Shown piece after piece: positions 1 through 8,818 of a stretch of DNA of 62,899 nt. The notes under the pieces are model-generated. The model did not search any database. It was not told the DNA's origin and saw only the letters and a list, made by a program, of their open reading frames with translations. Within the stretch, counting starts at the first letter, position 1. Each line of letters opens with the position of its first letter. This DNA comes from an uncultured Clostridium sp. (lineage in GTDB: Bacteria; Bacillota; Clostridia; TANB77; CAG-508): NCBI GenBank assembly GCA_930991035.1, contig CAKNRV010000005.1:1-62899 (forward strand), read 5' to 3'. The position numbers and the translations under genes were made by a program.

Positions 1-304
1 TTTGCTTTAAAGAGATTATTTTAACTTTATACAGAATTATAAATTTTCTGAAAATCTAATATAAATTATAATTTTTAAGTTAGAAAATAAATCCTTTGAA
101 TGTATTTGTATAGATTTTATAGACTGCAAAGTTAATACATAAAATTAATTTGAAATAAATATATATTTTTAGTTAAGCTCAAAGCATTTTATTATTTGTT
201 TCTAATTTATTCTACTAATTTGCAATGATTTAGCAAAGATATAAAATTCCGAGAAATAAAAATTATCGATTCAATAATCTATCTGAATTTTAATATGTTT
301 AATT

Positions 305-357
305 TTATACCATATTTTCAATAATATTGCAACAAAAATCGTTCGACATTTTTCGAC
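305..357 (-). promoter_or_regulatory. Leftward sigmaA-like promoter with upstream Spo0A (0A) boxes
   Basis: Minus strand reads AGTCGAA-aaa-TGTCGAA-cgatttttg-TTGCAA-17 nt-TATAAA. Nearly the same layout occurs at 49436-49490. Confidence 0.5.
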
Positions 358-469
358 TTAATGTTTTAACAGTTTTACTTTTAATAGCTTTTCTTGGTAA
401 TTAAAATTTACTAAGTGAAAATGAGTGTTCAGTTTTTTAAGTGAAAACGAGCGTCACCTTTTTCAAGAT

Positions 470-498
470 TTGACACGAAATAAAATTTATAGTAATAT
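470..498 (+). promoter_or_regulatory. sigmaA-like promoter of the glmS leader
   Basis: TTGACA at 470-475, 17-nt spacer, TAATAT at 493-498. Confidence 0.55.
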
Positions 499-569
499 AC
501 TACTATAAATTAAGAAATGCATACAAATAAATATAAATAATTTAGTTAGAAAGGAGTTTGTCAAATTAA

Positions 570-750
570 TTTAGCGCCTGGACATAACTGCATTTTTTAT
601 GGATTTTTTATACATATTATCCACACACAAATGCACAAATGTTGACGAGGAAGAAACTTATCGAAAAATTCGGCGGATGGTTTCTTGGCATCAGATTACT
701 GCCATAAATATTAGCAAAGTCTGGTAGTGATACTAGTTTTAAATCTAATA
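570..750 (+). ncRNA. glmS glucosamine-6-phosphate-activated ribozyme
   Basis: Conserved AGCGCCTGGAC (573), GTTGACGAGG and TTATCGAA..TCGGCGGATG motifs directly upstream of glmS. The 3' end is approximate. Confidence 0.93.
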
Positions 751-857
751 GGGTAATCTTTATTTGTATTGCTTTCTTAAGTAAAAATTGCAATTAATTA
801 TTTGCAAATAGAAAAACTAGCATATACATTTTGTTTTTTATTTAAGGAGGTATTTTT

Positions 858-2711
858 ATGTGTGGTATCGTAGGATACATTGGTAGCAAAAAAGCTACAC
901 CTATATTAATTGATGGTCTTTTAAGCCTAGAATACAGAGGTTATGATTCTGCAGGAATTGCAACTATTGAAAATGATGTTATAAAAGTTATGAAAGATAA
1001 AGGAAGAGTAAAAAATCTATATGATTTAGATGGAATAAATGATTTAGTTGGTACAGTTGGTATTGCTCACACAAGATGGGCAACGCATGGTAAACCATCT
1101 AAAGAAAACTCTCACCCACATTTAGATAATAGCGGAAAATTTGCTGTTGTTCATAATGGAATTATAGAAAATTATTCTGAGTTAAGAGACTTTTTAACTT
1201 CAAAAGGATATAAATTTTTATCACAGACAGATACAGAGGTTATTCCAAATTTAATTCATTACTATTACACAAATGGGCCTGTTTCTGTTTTAGATAACGA
1301 GGAAGATAAATTTTTAGGTGCTGTAAAATCAGCTGTTTTTGATTTAAAAGGAAGCTACGCAATAGAAGCTATTTCTCCTACTTATCCTAACCAAATAATT
1401 GTAGTTAGAAAAGATAGTCCACTTGTAATTGGCAAAGGAAATGGTGAAAACTATATTGCTTCTGACATTCCTGCTATTTTAAAATATACAAAAGACTTTT
1501 ACTTATTAGACGACAACGAGTTTGCTGTTGTGTGCAAAGACAGTATTAAGTTTTTTGATAATAGCCTTACTGAACATAATAAACCTATTAAAAATATAGA
1601 CTGGGATGCAAATGCAGCTGGAAAAGATGGTTTTGAAGATTATATGTTAAAAGAAATTTTTGAGCAGCCAACTGCTATAAGGGAGACAATAGGTTCAAGA
1701 TTTAGATTAGGAGAAAAATGTTCTTTTGATGATATTGATATATCAAAAGATTATTTAAGCACAGTAAATAAAATTTATTTTGTAGCTTGTGGAACTGCTA
1801 TGCATGCTGGTTTAGTAGGAAAAAACCTTATGGAAAAATTATGCAAAATTCCAACCGAAGTTGATATTGCATCAGAATTTAGATATAGAGACCCTATAAT
1901 TGACAAACATACATTATGTATATACATTAGTCAATCTGGTGAAACAGCAGACACAATTGCTGCATTAAAACTAGCTAAATCTAAGGGAGCAAAAACACTT
2001 GCAATTTCTAATGTTATAGGTAGCTCAATTACTAGGGAAGCAGATTATTCTATATATACACACGCAGGTCCAGAAATAGCTGTTGCCTCTACAAAAGCAT
2101 ATACTTCGCAAGTTGCATTAATTGCAATTTTGGCTATGTATTTTGCAGAAGTATTAGGTAGTGTAAATACAGAAGTTATAGAGAAATTAAAATCGGATAT
2201 GATTGACTTACCTTCTAAAATAGAACAAATACTTGAAAATACTGATACTATACAAGAATTTGCTAAAAAAATATATACAGAAAAAGATATGTTCTTTTTA
2301 GGTAGAGGTATTGATTATAATGTTGCACTTGAAGGATCTTTAAAATTAAAAGAAATATCATATATCCACTCAGAAGCATACGCTGCTGGCGAGTTAAAAC
2401 ATGGACCTATTGCTTTAATAGAAAATGGTATTACAGTAATTGAAATTATTACAAATCCTGACTTAGTAGAAAAATCAATAAGTAATATACAAGAGGTTAT
2501 TACTAGAGGAGCTAAAACATTAATTATAACAAATCAAATACTTCCAAATAGTCATTTTGATTATGTAATTAATATACCAGAGACAAATCCTCTTATCTCA
2601 CCTATTTTGTCTGTAATACCTATGCAACTTCTTTCTTATTACATTTCTAAGTGCAAAGGTTTAGATGTAGATAAGCCAAGAAATTTGGCTAAATCGGTTA
2701 CAGTAGAGTAA
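858..2711 (+). CDS. glmS: Glutamine-fructose-6-phosphate aminotransferase
   Basis: N-terminal MCGIVG, HTRWATHG, C-terminal PRNLAKSVTVE; AAGGAGG RBS. Confidence 0.99.
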   Translation: MCGIVGYIGSKKATPILIDGLLSLEYRGYDSAGIATIENDVIKVMKDKGRVKNLYDLDGINDLVGTVGIAHTRWATHGKPSKENSHPHLDNSGKFAVVHNGIIENYSELRDFLTSKGYKFLSQTDTEVIPNLIHYYYTNGPVSVLDNEEDKFLGAVKSAVFDLKGSYAIEAISPTYPNQIIVVRKDSPLVIGKGNGENYIASDIPAILKYTKDFYLLDDNEFAVVCKDSIKFFDNSLTEHNKPIKNIDWDANAAGKDGFEDYMLKEIFEQPTAIRETIGSRFRLGEKCSFDDIDISKDYLSTVNKIYFVACGTAMHAGLVGKNLMEKLCKIPTEVDIASEFRYRDPIIDKHTLCIYISQSGETADTIAALKLAKSKGAKTLAISNVIGSSITREADYSIYTHAGPEIAVASTKAYTSQVALIAILAMYFAEVLGSVNTEVIEKLKSDMIDLPSKIEQILENTDTIQEFAKKIYTEKDMFFLGRGIDYNVALEGSLKLKEISYIHSEAYAAGELKHGPIALIENGITVIEIITNPDLVEKSISNIQEVITRGAKTLIITNQILPNSHFDYVINIPETNPLISPILSVIPMQLLSYYISKCKGLDVDKPRNLAKSVTVE

Positions 2712-2723
2712 AAAAATTTTTTC

Positions 2724-2752
2724 AAATTGTGCAGACAGTGTCTGCACAATTT
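2724..2752. terminator. Bidirectional hairpin terminator between glmS and bofA
   Basis: AAATTGTGCAGACA/TGTCTGCACAATTT inverted repeat. Confidence 0.8.
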
Positions 2753-2796
2753 AATGTTATTAATGCTTATATAATATTTCTTCCTTTAGAATTCAT

Positions 2797-3111
2797 TTAA
2801 AATATGAAAAGGCAAATTTCAAAGTCAATATATGATTTTATAAATTTCAACCGCAATATTATTTTTAGTATTATTAGTAACATTGCTCCTGGTATTCCAA
2901 GTAGTCCAACTAATAAAGATGTCAAAATATTTAGTCCTATATGAAAATTAAATCCTGCTCCTATAAGATTTATAATATATATTAAAATTCCACCAAATAC
3001 AGAATTAATTACAAGCTTAAAAACACTTCTAAAAGGCACTGCAAATACCTTTCCTATAATAAAGAGAAATATAATGCATGCTAAAAAAGTTATTACACTA
3101 TTAAAATCCAT
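2797..3111 (-). CDS. bofA: Pro-sigmaK processing inhibitor BofA family membrane protein
   Basis: Hydrophobic ~100 aa with NSVFGG..IGLN..GLLGIPG motif; follows a yaaL-like gene as in the Bacillus yaaL-bofA order. Confidence 0.85.
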   Translation of the reverse strand: MDFNSVITFLACIIFLFIIGKVFAVPFRSVFKLVINSVFGGILIYIINLIGAGFNFHIGLNILTSLLVGLLGIPGAMLLIILKIILRLKFIKSYIDFEICLFIF

Positions 3112-3232
3112 ATTTATTATCCATCCCTTTCCTTCTAGCTATTATTATTTTGTTTATAACCATTTTTTATCAGTAATAATATTAAATGGTTTAGTAACTT
3201 TCTTTACTCATTTTTAAAACTTTTATTAATAA

Positions 3233-3261
3233 TAAATATGAATTTAATTGGACAAATATGC
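3233..3261 (-). promoter_or_regulatory. Putative sigmaE-type sporulation promoter for bofA
   Basis: Minus strand GCATATT-14 nt-CATATTTA. Confidence 0.4.
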
Positions 3262-3295
3262 TAAGTCATACCTATTCTTACATAGAATAATTTTT

Positions 3296-3571
3296 CTAAG
3301 CCTTATTTTTTCTTATATAAATTTCATTAATCATATCAAGTGCTAGCCCTTTTTTCTGTGCTTTTTTTATTAAGTAGTCTAACTTGGTTTGATTAGCCTT
3401 TATTTGATATGAATAATAATCTATTAAGCCTTCTTCTGCAAATTCAAAATTTTTATGTGCCGAGTCTAATTCATTCTTTGTCTTTATTATATTTACAATT
3501 AACTCTAAATTTTTTTCATCTTCTGACTTGTCCTCAATTTTATTTTCTTTTACATAATCCTGATAATACAT
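3296..3571 (-). CDS. yaaL: YaaL/DUF2508 family protein
   Basis: AxxNFEFAEEGLIDYYSYQIKA..YLIKKA motif; adjacent to bofA. Confidence 0.8.
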   Translation of the reverse strand: MYYQDYVKENKIEDKSEDEKNLELIVNIIKTKNELDSAHKNFEFAEEGLIDYYSYQIKANQTKLDYLIKKAQKKGLALDMINEIYIRKNKA

Positions 3572-3859
3572 ATGTTTTTCTTTCCTTTCTTTTACCCGAT
3601 TTTAATTAATTTTTTAAATAGTCTTTTCCATATTATTACTATTATATTCACAAATTTGTAATTTATGCTTATTTTGTAAAAAGTGGCTGTGAACAGTAAC
3701 ATTGTATTCTAAAAATATATTGATATTTTTTTCAAATAGTGGTAAAATATGCATTATAGTGCTTATACAAACTTATATAGGATTTTCCCTATACTATAAA
3801 GTGCTTGTATAATAATTTTTTAATACCTTAAATGAATTAAGAATGGAGTGAAATTTTAT

Positions 3860-5146
3860 ATGATAGATATAAAGTTTTTAAGAGAAAACCCTGATATTGT
3901 TAGGGAAAATATTAAGAAGAAATTTCAAGATTATAAATTGGTTCTAGTTGACGAAGTTTTAGACCTTGATAAAAAGAATAGAGAAGTAAAATTAAAAGGT
4001 GACGAGTTACGTAGCAAAAGAAATTCTTTAAGCTCTGAAATTGGTAACCTTATGAAAAATGGTAAAAAAGATGAGGCAGAAAAAATAAAATCTGAAGTTC
4101 AATCTATTAATAAAGAACTTGAAGAAAATGAAAAACTTGAAGAAACTTATGCTAGTCAAATTACAGAAAGAATGATGAAAATACCAAATATTATACACGA
4201 ATCTGTTCCTATTGGTGAAGACGACAGCAAAAATGTTGAGATAGAAAAATTTGGTGAGCCAGTTGTTCCAGATTATGAGATTCCTTATCACGCTGACATA
4301 ATGGAAAGTTTAAATGGACTTGATTTGGACTCTGCTCGTAGAGTTGCTGGTAATGGTTTTTATTATCTTATGGGTGATGTAGCAAGACTTCATTCTGCAA
4401 TATTATCTTATGCAAGAGATTTTATGATAAATAAAGGATTTACTTATTGTATACCACCTTTTATGATTCGTAGTGATGTTGTTACAGGTGTTATGAGTTT
4501 TGAAGAAATGGATGCTATGATGTACAAAATTGAAGGAGAAGATTTATATTTAATCGGTACTAGCGAGCATTCTATGATTGGTAAATTTAAAGGTCAAATA
4601 TTGCAAAAAGCAGATATGCCTTATACAATGACATCTTATTCTCCTTGTTTTAGAAAAGAAAAAGGTGCACACGGCATTGAAGAGCGTGGTGTTTACCGTA
4701 TACATCAATTTGAAAAGCAAGAAATGATAGTTGTTTGCGAACCTGAAGATAGTTGGAAATGGTATGATAAATTATGGTCATATACAGTAGAATTATTTAG
4801 GAGTATGGATATTCCTGTACGTACTTTAGAATGTTGTAGTGGAGATTTAGCAGATTTAAAGGCTAAGAGCTGTGATGTTGAAGCTTGGAGTCCAAGACAA
4901 AAGAAATACTTTGAAGTAGGAAGTTGCTCAAATTTAACAGATGCGCAAGCAAGACGTTTAGGAATTAGAATAAAAGGTGAAAAAGGTAACTATTATGCAC
5001 ATACTTTAAATAATACTGTTGTTGCCCCACCTCGTATGTTAATCGCATTCCTAGAGAATAACTATAACGAAGATGGAAGTATAAATATTCCTGAAGTCCT
5101 ACGTCCTTATATGGGTGGAACTGAAAAATTAATACCAAAAAAATAG
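3860..5146 (+). CDS. serS: Serine-tRNA ligase
   Basis: MIDIKFLREN start, coiled-coil arm, FRKEKG/HQFEK and HTLNNT motifs; ATG at 3860 follows a GGAGTG RBS. Confidence 0.98.
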   Translation: MIDIKFLRENPDIVRENIKKKFQDYKLVLVDEVLDLDKKNREVKLKGDELRSKRNSLSSEIGNLMKNGKKDEAEKIKSEVQSINKELEENEKLEETYASQITERMMKIPNIIHESVPIGEDDSKNVEIEKFGEPVVPDYEIPYHADIMESLNGLDLDSARRVAGNGFYYLMGDVARLHSAILSYARDFMINKGFTYCIPPFMIRSDVVTGVMSFEEMDAMMYKIEGEDLYLIGTSEHSMIGKFKGQILQKADMPYTMTSYSPCFRKEKGAHGIEERGVYRIHQFEKQEMIVVCEPEDSWKWYDKLWSYTVELFRSMDIPVRTLECCSGDLADLKAKSCDVEAWSPRQKKYFEVGSCSNLTDAQARRLGIRIKGEKGNYYAHTLNNTVVAPPRMLIAFLENNYNEDGSINIPEVLRPYMGGTEKLIPKK

Positions 5147-5147
5147 A

Positions 5148-5251
5148 AACTTGAACGTTTGGGACACTCCTAAAAGTTTAAAAAATTGAACAAATAGGAG
5201 TGTCCCAACTGTTCAAAAACTTGAACGAATAGGAGTGTCCCAATTGTTCAA
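5148..5251. repeat. REP-like palindromic repeat, copy 1 (TTGAAC..GGGACACTCCT/AGGAGTGTCCCAA..GTTCAA)
   Basis: Three units in inverted and direct arrangement; related copies at 49363-49431 and 55302-55362. Confidence 0.8.
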
Positions 5252-5269
5252 GAAGGAGGAAATTAAAAG

Positions 5270-5857
5270 ATGCTTATTAAAAATCCTGAATTTAAAATTT
5301 CGGCTGTAAGTCCTAAGCAGTATCCAAATGATGGTTTACCACAGATTGTTCTAGTTGGCAAATCTAATGTTGGAAAGTCTTCTTTTATAAATACTTTAGT
5401 TAACAGAAAAAAATTAGCCAGAACTAGTAGTGAGCCTGGCAAAACAAGGCAAATTAATTTTTACAATATGGATAATAAATTTTATTTTGTAGATTTACCT
5501 GGTTATGGTTATAGTAAAATGTCTAAGCAAGAGCAAATAAAAGTTGGTAATTTTATTGAAGAATATTTAACTAAAAGTAATAATATTGCTTTAATTGTAT
5601 TTTTAATTGATATTAGACACTCTCCTACCGAGAATGATAAATTAATGTATCGTTATGTTATTGATAGTGGAAGACCTTGTATTATTATAGCAAATAAGGC
5701 TGATAAAATAGCTATAACTAAAGTAGATTTTGCAGTTATGAACTTGCAAAACGAATTGAATCCATTAAAAGATTTGACATTTTTGCCATTTTCTTCTGAA
5801 AGAAAAATATATTCGGAAAACGTTTGGAATGAAATTGAGAAACATTTAGAATTTTAA
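5270..5857 (+). CDS. engB: Ribosome biogenesis GTP-binding protein YsxC/EngB
   Basis: GKSNVGKSS, DLPGYG and NKAD GTPase motifs. Confidence 0.97.
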   Translation: MLIKNPEFKISAVSPKQYPNDGLPQIVLVGKSNVGKSSFINTLVNRKKLARTSSEPGKTRQINFYNMDNKFYFVDLPGYGYSKMSKQEQIKVGNFIEEYLTKSNNIALIVFLIDIRHSPTENDKLMYRYVIDSGRPCIIIANKADKIAITKVDFAVMNLQNELNPLKDLTFLPFSSERKIYSENVWNEIEKHLEF

Positions 5858-5906
5858 TTCTTATATGAACAAGTGAAATATATCATAGTTTTATTCCAAT
5901 CTTGTA

Positions 5907-5937
5907 TTTAAGGACAGAGTTTTTCTCTGTCCTTAAA
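5907..5937. terminator. Bidirectional terminator
   Basis: TTTAAGGACAGAG..CTCTGTCCTTAAA between convergent genes. Confidence 0.75.
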
Positions 5938-6064
5938 ACATTATCGTTAAATTATATAAATAAATATATATTTTTTTTATTTATACTTTTTTTATTTATA
6001 TTTTTTTATTTATATTTATTTATCTTAACAAATATATTTTGATAATTGCATTTATTCCCAATGA

Positions 6065-8104
6065 TTACTGCTCGTTCCATACAAGCACTCTATCTCCTTT
6101 TGGCGCTCCCCAAGGTGCTCCTACCAAGTCTCCTTCTGTTTTATTTATTTTTATTGTTCCCAAGTTAGAACAGTTATTGAATGCATAGTCTCCTATCGAC
6201 TCTACACTGCTTGGGATTTCTATCGCTGTTAGTTGTTCACAATATTGAAAAGCAAATTTTCCTATTTCTTTTAATGTATTTGGCAATATTATCTCTGTTG
6301 TTATGTTAAAACCTGTAAAAGCATAATCTCTAATTTTTACTACATTTGTTGGTATCTCTTGAGTCTGCACATTTTTATCTACATATGTTACTACTTCTGT
6401 CCCATCCTTTGTTAGTATCAAATTATTTTCTACTTTATAATTTTGATTATTTCCATCTATTTCTATTTCAAGTCCATTTTGTATATTAGACCAAGATTTA
6501 AACTGACTATATAAGTTACTCACACCACTTCCTATGTGTATCTTTGTTAAATTAGTAGTATTACGTAATGCTGAACTATCTATTGTCGTTACTGTATTAG
6601 GTATATTTAATTCTGTTATATTTCTGTTTTGAATTGCATAACTTTTTATTGTTTGTACATTTTCACTTATTTCAATTTGTGTTTTGGTTGGTACAGCATA
6701 GATTAGTTCTGTTCCATTATTACCATATAAATATCCATCTTGTACTGTATAATTATTATTTCCTTGTGGGAAACTTATATTTTCTAATACTCTAAGATCC
6801 CAAAAAGTATTTCCTCCAATACTTGATAAGCTACTTGGTAATTCTAATGTCTTCATATTTGTACATATTGATAATGCTCCATCTTCTAATCTTGTTATTC
6901 CTTCACTTATTCTTACTGTTTCTTCATTTGCCATTGGTGCTAGCATTATTAATGATGTTCGTACTCCATTTTCTTTTATATATATTATTCCTGGTTGTGT
7001 TTCGTCTATCTCATATACTTCGTTTGCCGGATCTATTGTTATGTTTGTTAAGCTTGTACAATTATTAAATGCATTGCTGGCTATACTTGTTACTCCTGCT
7101 GGTATTGTTATATTATTTAATTGGTAACAATACCAAAATGCAGTATCAGATATTTGGGTTAGATTTGTTGGCATATTTATTTCAGTTAAGTTATTACAAC
7201 TACTAAAAACAGATACGTTTAATATAGATATATTATTAGATAACTGCACTTTTGTTAAATTTGTACATCCATAAAAAGCACCATTTCCTATTTCTATTAC
7301 ACTATCCGGTATTGTTATTTCTTGCAAATTAGTGCATCTTCTAAATGCATTCTCTCCTATGCTGACTGTTCCATTTTGTATTGTTACTTTTTCTATTTCT
7401 GTGTTATATGAGAATGCATCTGCTCTTATCTCTTGTACTGTTCCTGGGATTATTACTTCTTTTAATCCTTTTACTCCTGAAAATGCCCCTGCTCCTATTG
7501 CTGTTACACTTCCTGGAATTGTTAATGTATTTGAACCTGTTTGCAATCCTAGGTTCTGGTTTGCTGACATTAATACTCCATCTATTATTAAGTACGGATT
7601 TACATTTAGCCCTAATGCTTGTGCTACTCGTATCTCTAAGTCGTCAGCTGTGTTTACGTATAGCTCTCCCTTTATTATCTCAAATTTATCTAAGTACCCA
7701 TCTCTCATTGATGGAATTACTGTTGTTATATTTCCTTCTCTTACTTGCTCGTCATACGCTAAACTTCCTTTACTTGCGTTTAGAGTTTCTTCGTCATAGT
7801 TTAGGTCTTCTAACTTTTTACTTGCATCAAACATTTCCTTTTCTTCTATATATGTTGAAAACTCAGACATCAATGTTGCCATATTGGCTGATGTTACTAG
7901 TCCATTTTCTCCAAATAACATATTTATACTTACTGTTGCTAATATTATTAGCACTACTATGGTTATTACTAATGCTAGTAATGTTATTCCTGACATTTTT
8001 CTGATGTGTTTTGGATTTAATTTTAATATGCTTTCCGAACGAATTTCTAAAGTTTCTTTAAAATTTCTTTTCTCATCTCTTAATTTCTTTTTGTTTTTTA
8101 CCAT
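6065..8104 (-). CDS. Pilin-headed BspA-type leucine-rich-repeat (LRR_5) surface protein
   Basis: Class III signal-like G|ITLLALVITIVVLIILA...FGENGL, followed by many IPxSVxxIGxxAFxxC repeats. Confidence 0.88.
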   Translation of the reverse strand: MVKNKKKLRDEKRNFKETLEIRSESILKLNPKHIRKMSGITLLALVITIVVLIILATVSINMLFGENGLVTSANMATLMSEFSTYIEEKEMFDASKKLEDLNYDEETLNASKGSLAYDEQVREGNITTVIPSMRDGYLDKFEIIKGELYVNTADDLEIRVAQALGLNVNPYLIIDGVLMSANQNLGLQTGSNTLTIPGSVTAIGAGAFSGVKGLKEVIIPGTVQEIRADAFSYNTEIEKVTIQNGTVSIGENAFRRCTNLQEITIPDSVIEIGNGAFYGCTNLTKVQLSNNISILNVSVFSSCNNLTEINMPTNLTQISDTAFWYCYQLNNITIPAGVTSIASNAFNNCTSLTNITIDPANEVYEIDETQPGIIYIKENGVRTSLIMLAPMANEETVRISEGITRLEDGALSICTNMKTLELPSSLSSIGGNTFWDLRVLENISFPQGNNNYTVQDGYLYGNNGTELIYAVPTKTQIEISENVQTIKSYAIQNRNITELNIPNTVTTIDSSALRNTTNLTKIHIGSGVSNLYSQFKSWSNIQNGLEIEIDGNNQNYKVENNLILTKDGTEVVTYVDKNVQTQEIPTNVVKIRDYAFTGFNITTEIILPNTLKEIGKFAFQYCEQLTAIEIPSSVESIGDYAFNNCSNLGTIKINKTEGDLVGAPWGAPKGDRVLVWNEQ

Positions 8105-8189
8105 TTATATCTTTCCTCCTGTTTTTTATTTTTTCATTATTAATCATTATGCCAGATTCTTAAAATGCCTAATATTTAACTTTTTACAC

Positions 8190-8263
8190 GCACAAAAAGG
8201 ATAGACTATCCTGCAAATAGAAGTTTTTCCTTTCTTCTATTCGCAATATAATCTATCCTCTTT
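8190..8263 (-). terminator. Conserved leader hairpin / putative attenuator (locus 1)
   Basis: Minus strand: outer stem AAAGAGGATAGAT/GTCTATCCTTTTT, inner stem GCGAATAGAAG/CTTCTATTTGC; homologous structure at 45868-45983. Confidence 0.6.
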
Positions 8264-8512
8264 ATTTTGTCACTTATTAATTGCACTAGTATTTTTGTAT
8301 GTTTTTCGCATACACTTGTAATGCATATTATGCTTGTTGCATATGCCATAATTGTAGCACACATTATGCTCTTAGTATTTTTATTTATATCTTTTATAGC
8401 ATTATTTTCTGCGTCACAAACAAGAGCAATTTTTTCTAATTTATTGCTCTCTCTCTCTCTCTCTTACAGTATCAACGGTTTTAGTCATTTCTCTTAGTTT
8501 TTCAATTTCCAT
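8206..8512 (-). other. Microsatellite-containing leader ORF, out of frame in this sequence
   Basis: AAGGAG RBS and ATG at 8512. (AG)9 gives a 23-aa peptide stopping at 8441; one extra AG unit gives 102 aa ending at 8206 inside the hairpin. Confidence 0.7.
8447..8464. repeat. (CT)9/(AG)9 microsatellite
   Basis: Directly visible. Confidence 0.95.
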
Positions 8513-8611
8513 TTTTTGTATTTTCTCCTTTGATTTTTTATGTTACATTTATATATTATCAATACTAGCTTTCTTTGTCAAGTAGCAATTTGAAAAATTA
8601 AAAGTACTTAT

Positions 8612-8800
8612 TTAACTCTCTTCCTTTTCCACTTTTTTAGTTATCATTTTTAGAGCTTTTGGTCTTTCTATCATAATAGTATGTCCACAGCCTAAGCACT
8701 TTAGCTTAAAGTCAACTCCTACTCTAGTAATTTCCCACAATTTACTTCCACAAGGGTGCTGCTTTTTTGTTTTCACTACATCTCCCACATTATACTCCAC
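8612..8800 (-). CDS. DUF951 family protein
   Basis: GDVVKTKKQHPCGS..WEITRVGVDFKLKCLGCG; probable GTG start at 8800. Confidence 0.9.
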   Translation of the reverse strand: MEYNVGDVVKTKKQHPCGSKLWEITRVGVDFKLKCLGCGHTIMIERPKALKMITKKVEKEES

Positions 8801-8818
8801 TATACTCTTTCCTTTCAA

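Noticed and set aside
3730-3859. T-box leader for serS (and for gltX at 10475-10630)
   Set aside because: No T-box consensus or specifier stem is visible, and the serS leader is short.
5945-6030. AT-only low-complexity tract
   Set aside because: No regular unit; ordinary intergenic composition for this genome.
6823-8497. Numerous plus-strand ORFs antisense to real genes, here and throughout the window
   Set aside because: Shadow ORFs from codon bias on the coding strand, with no RBS or recognisable domains.
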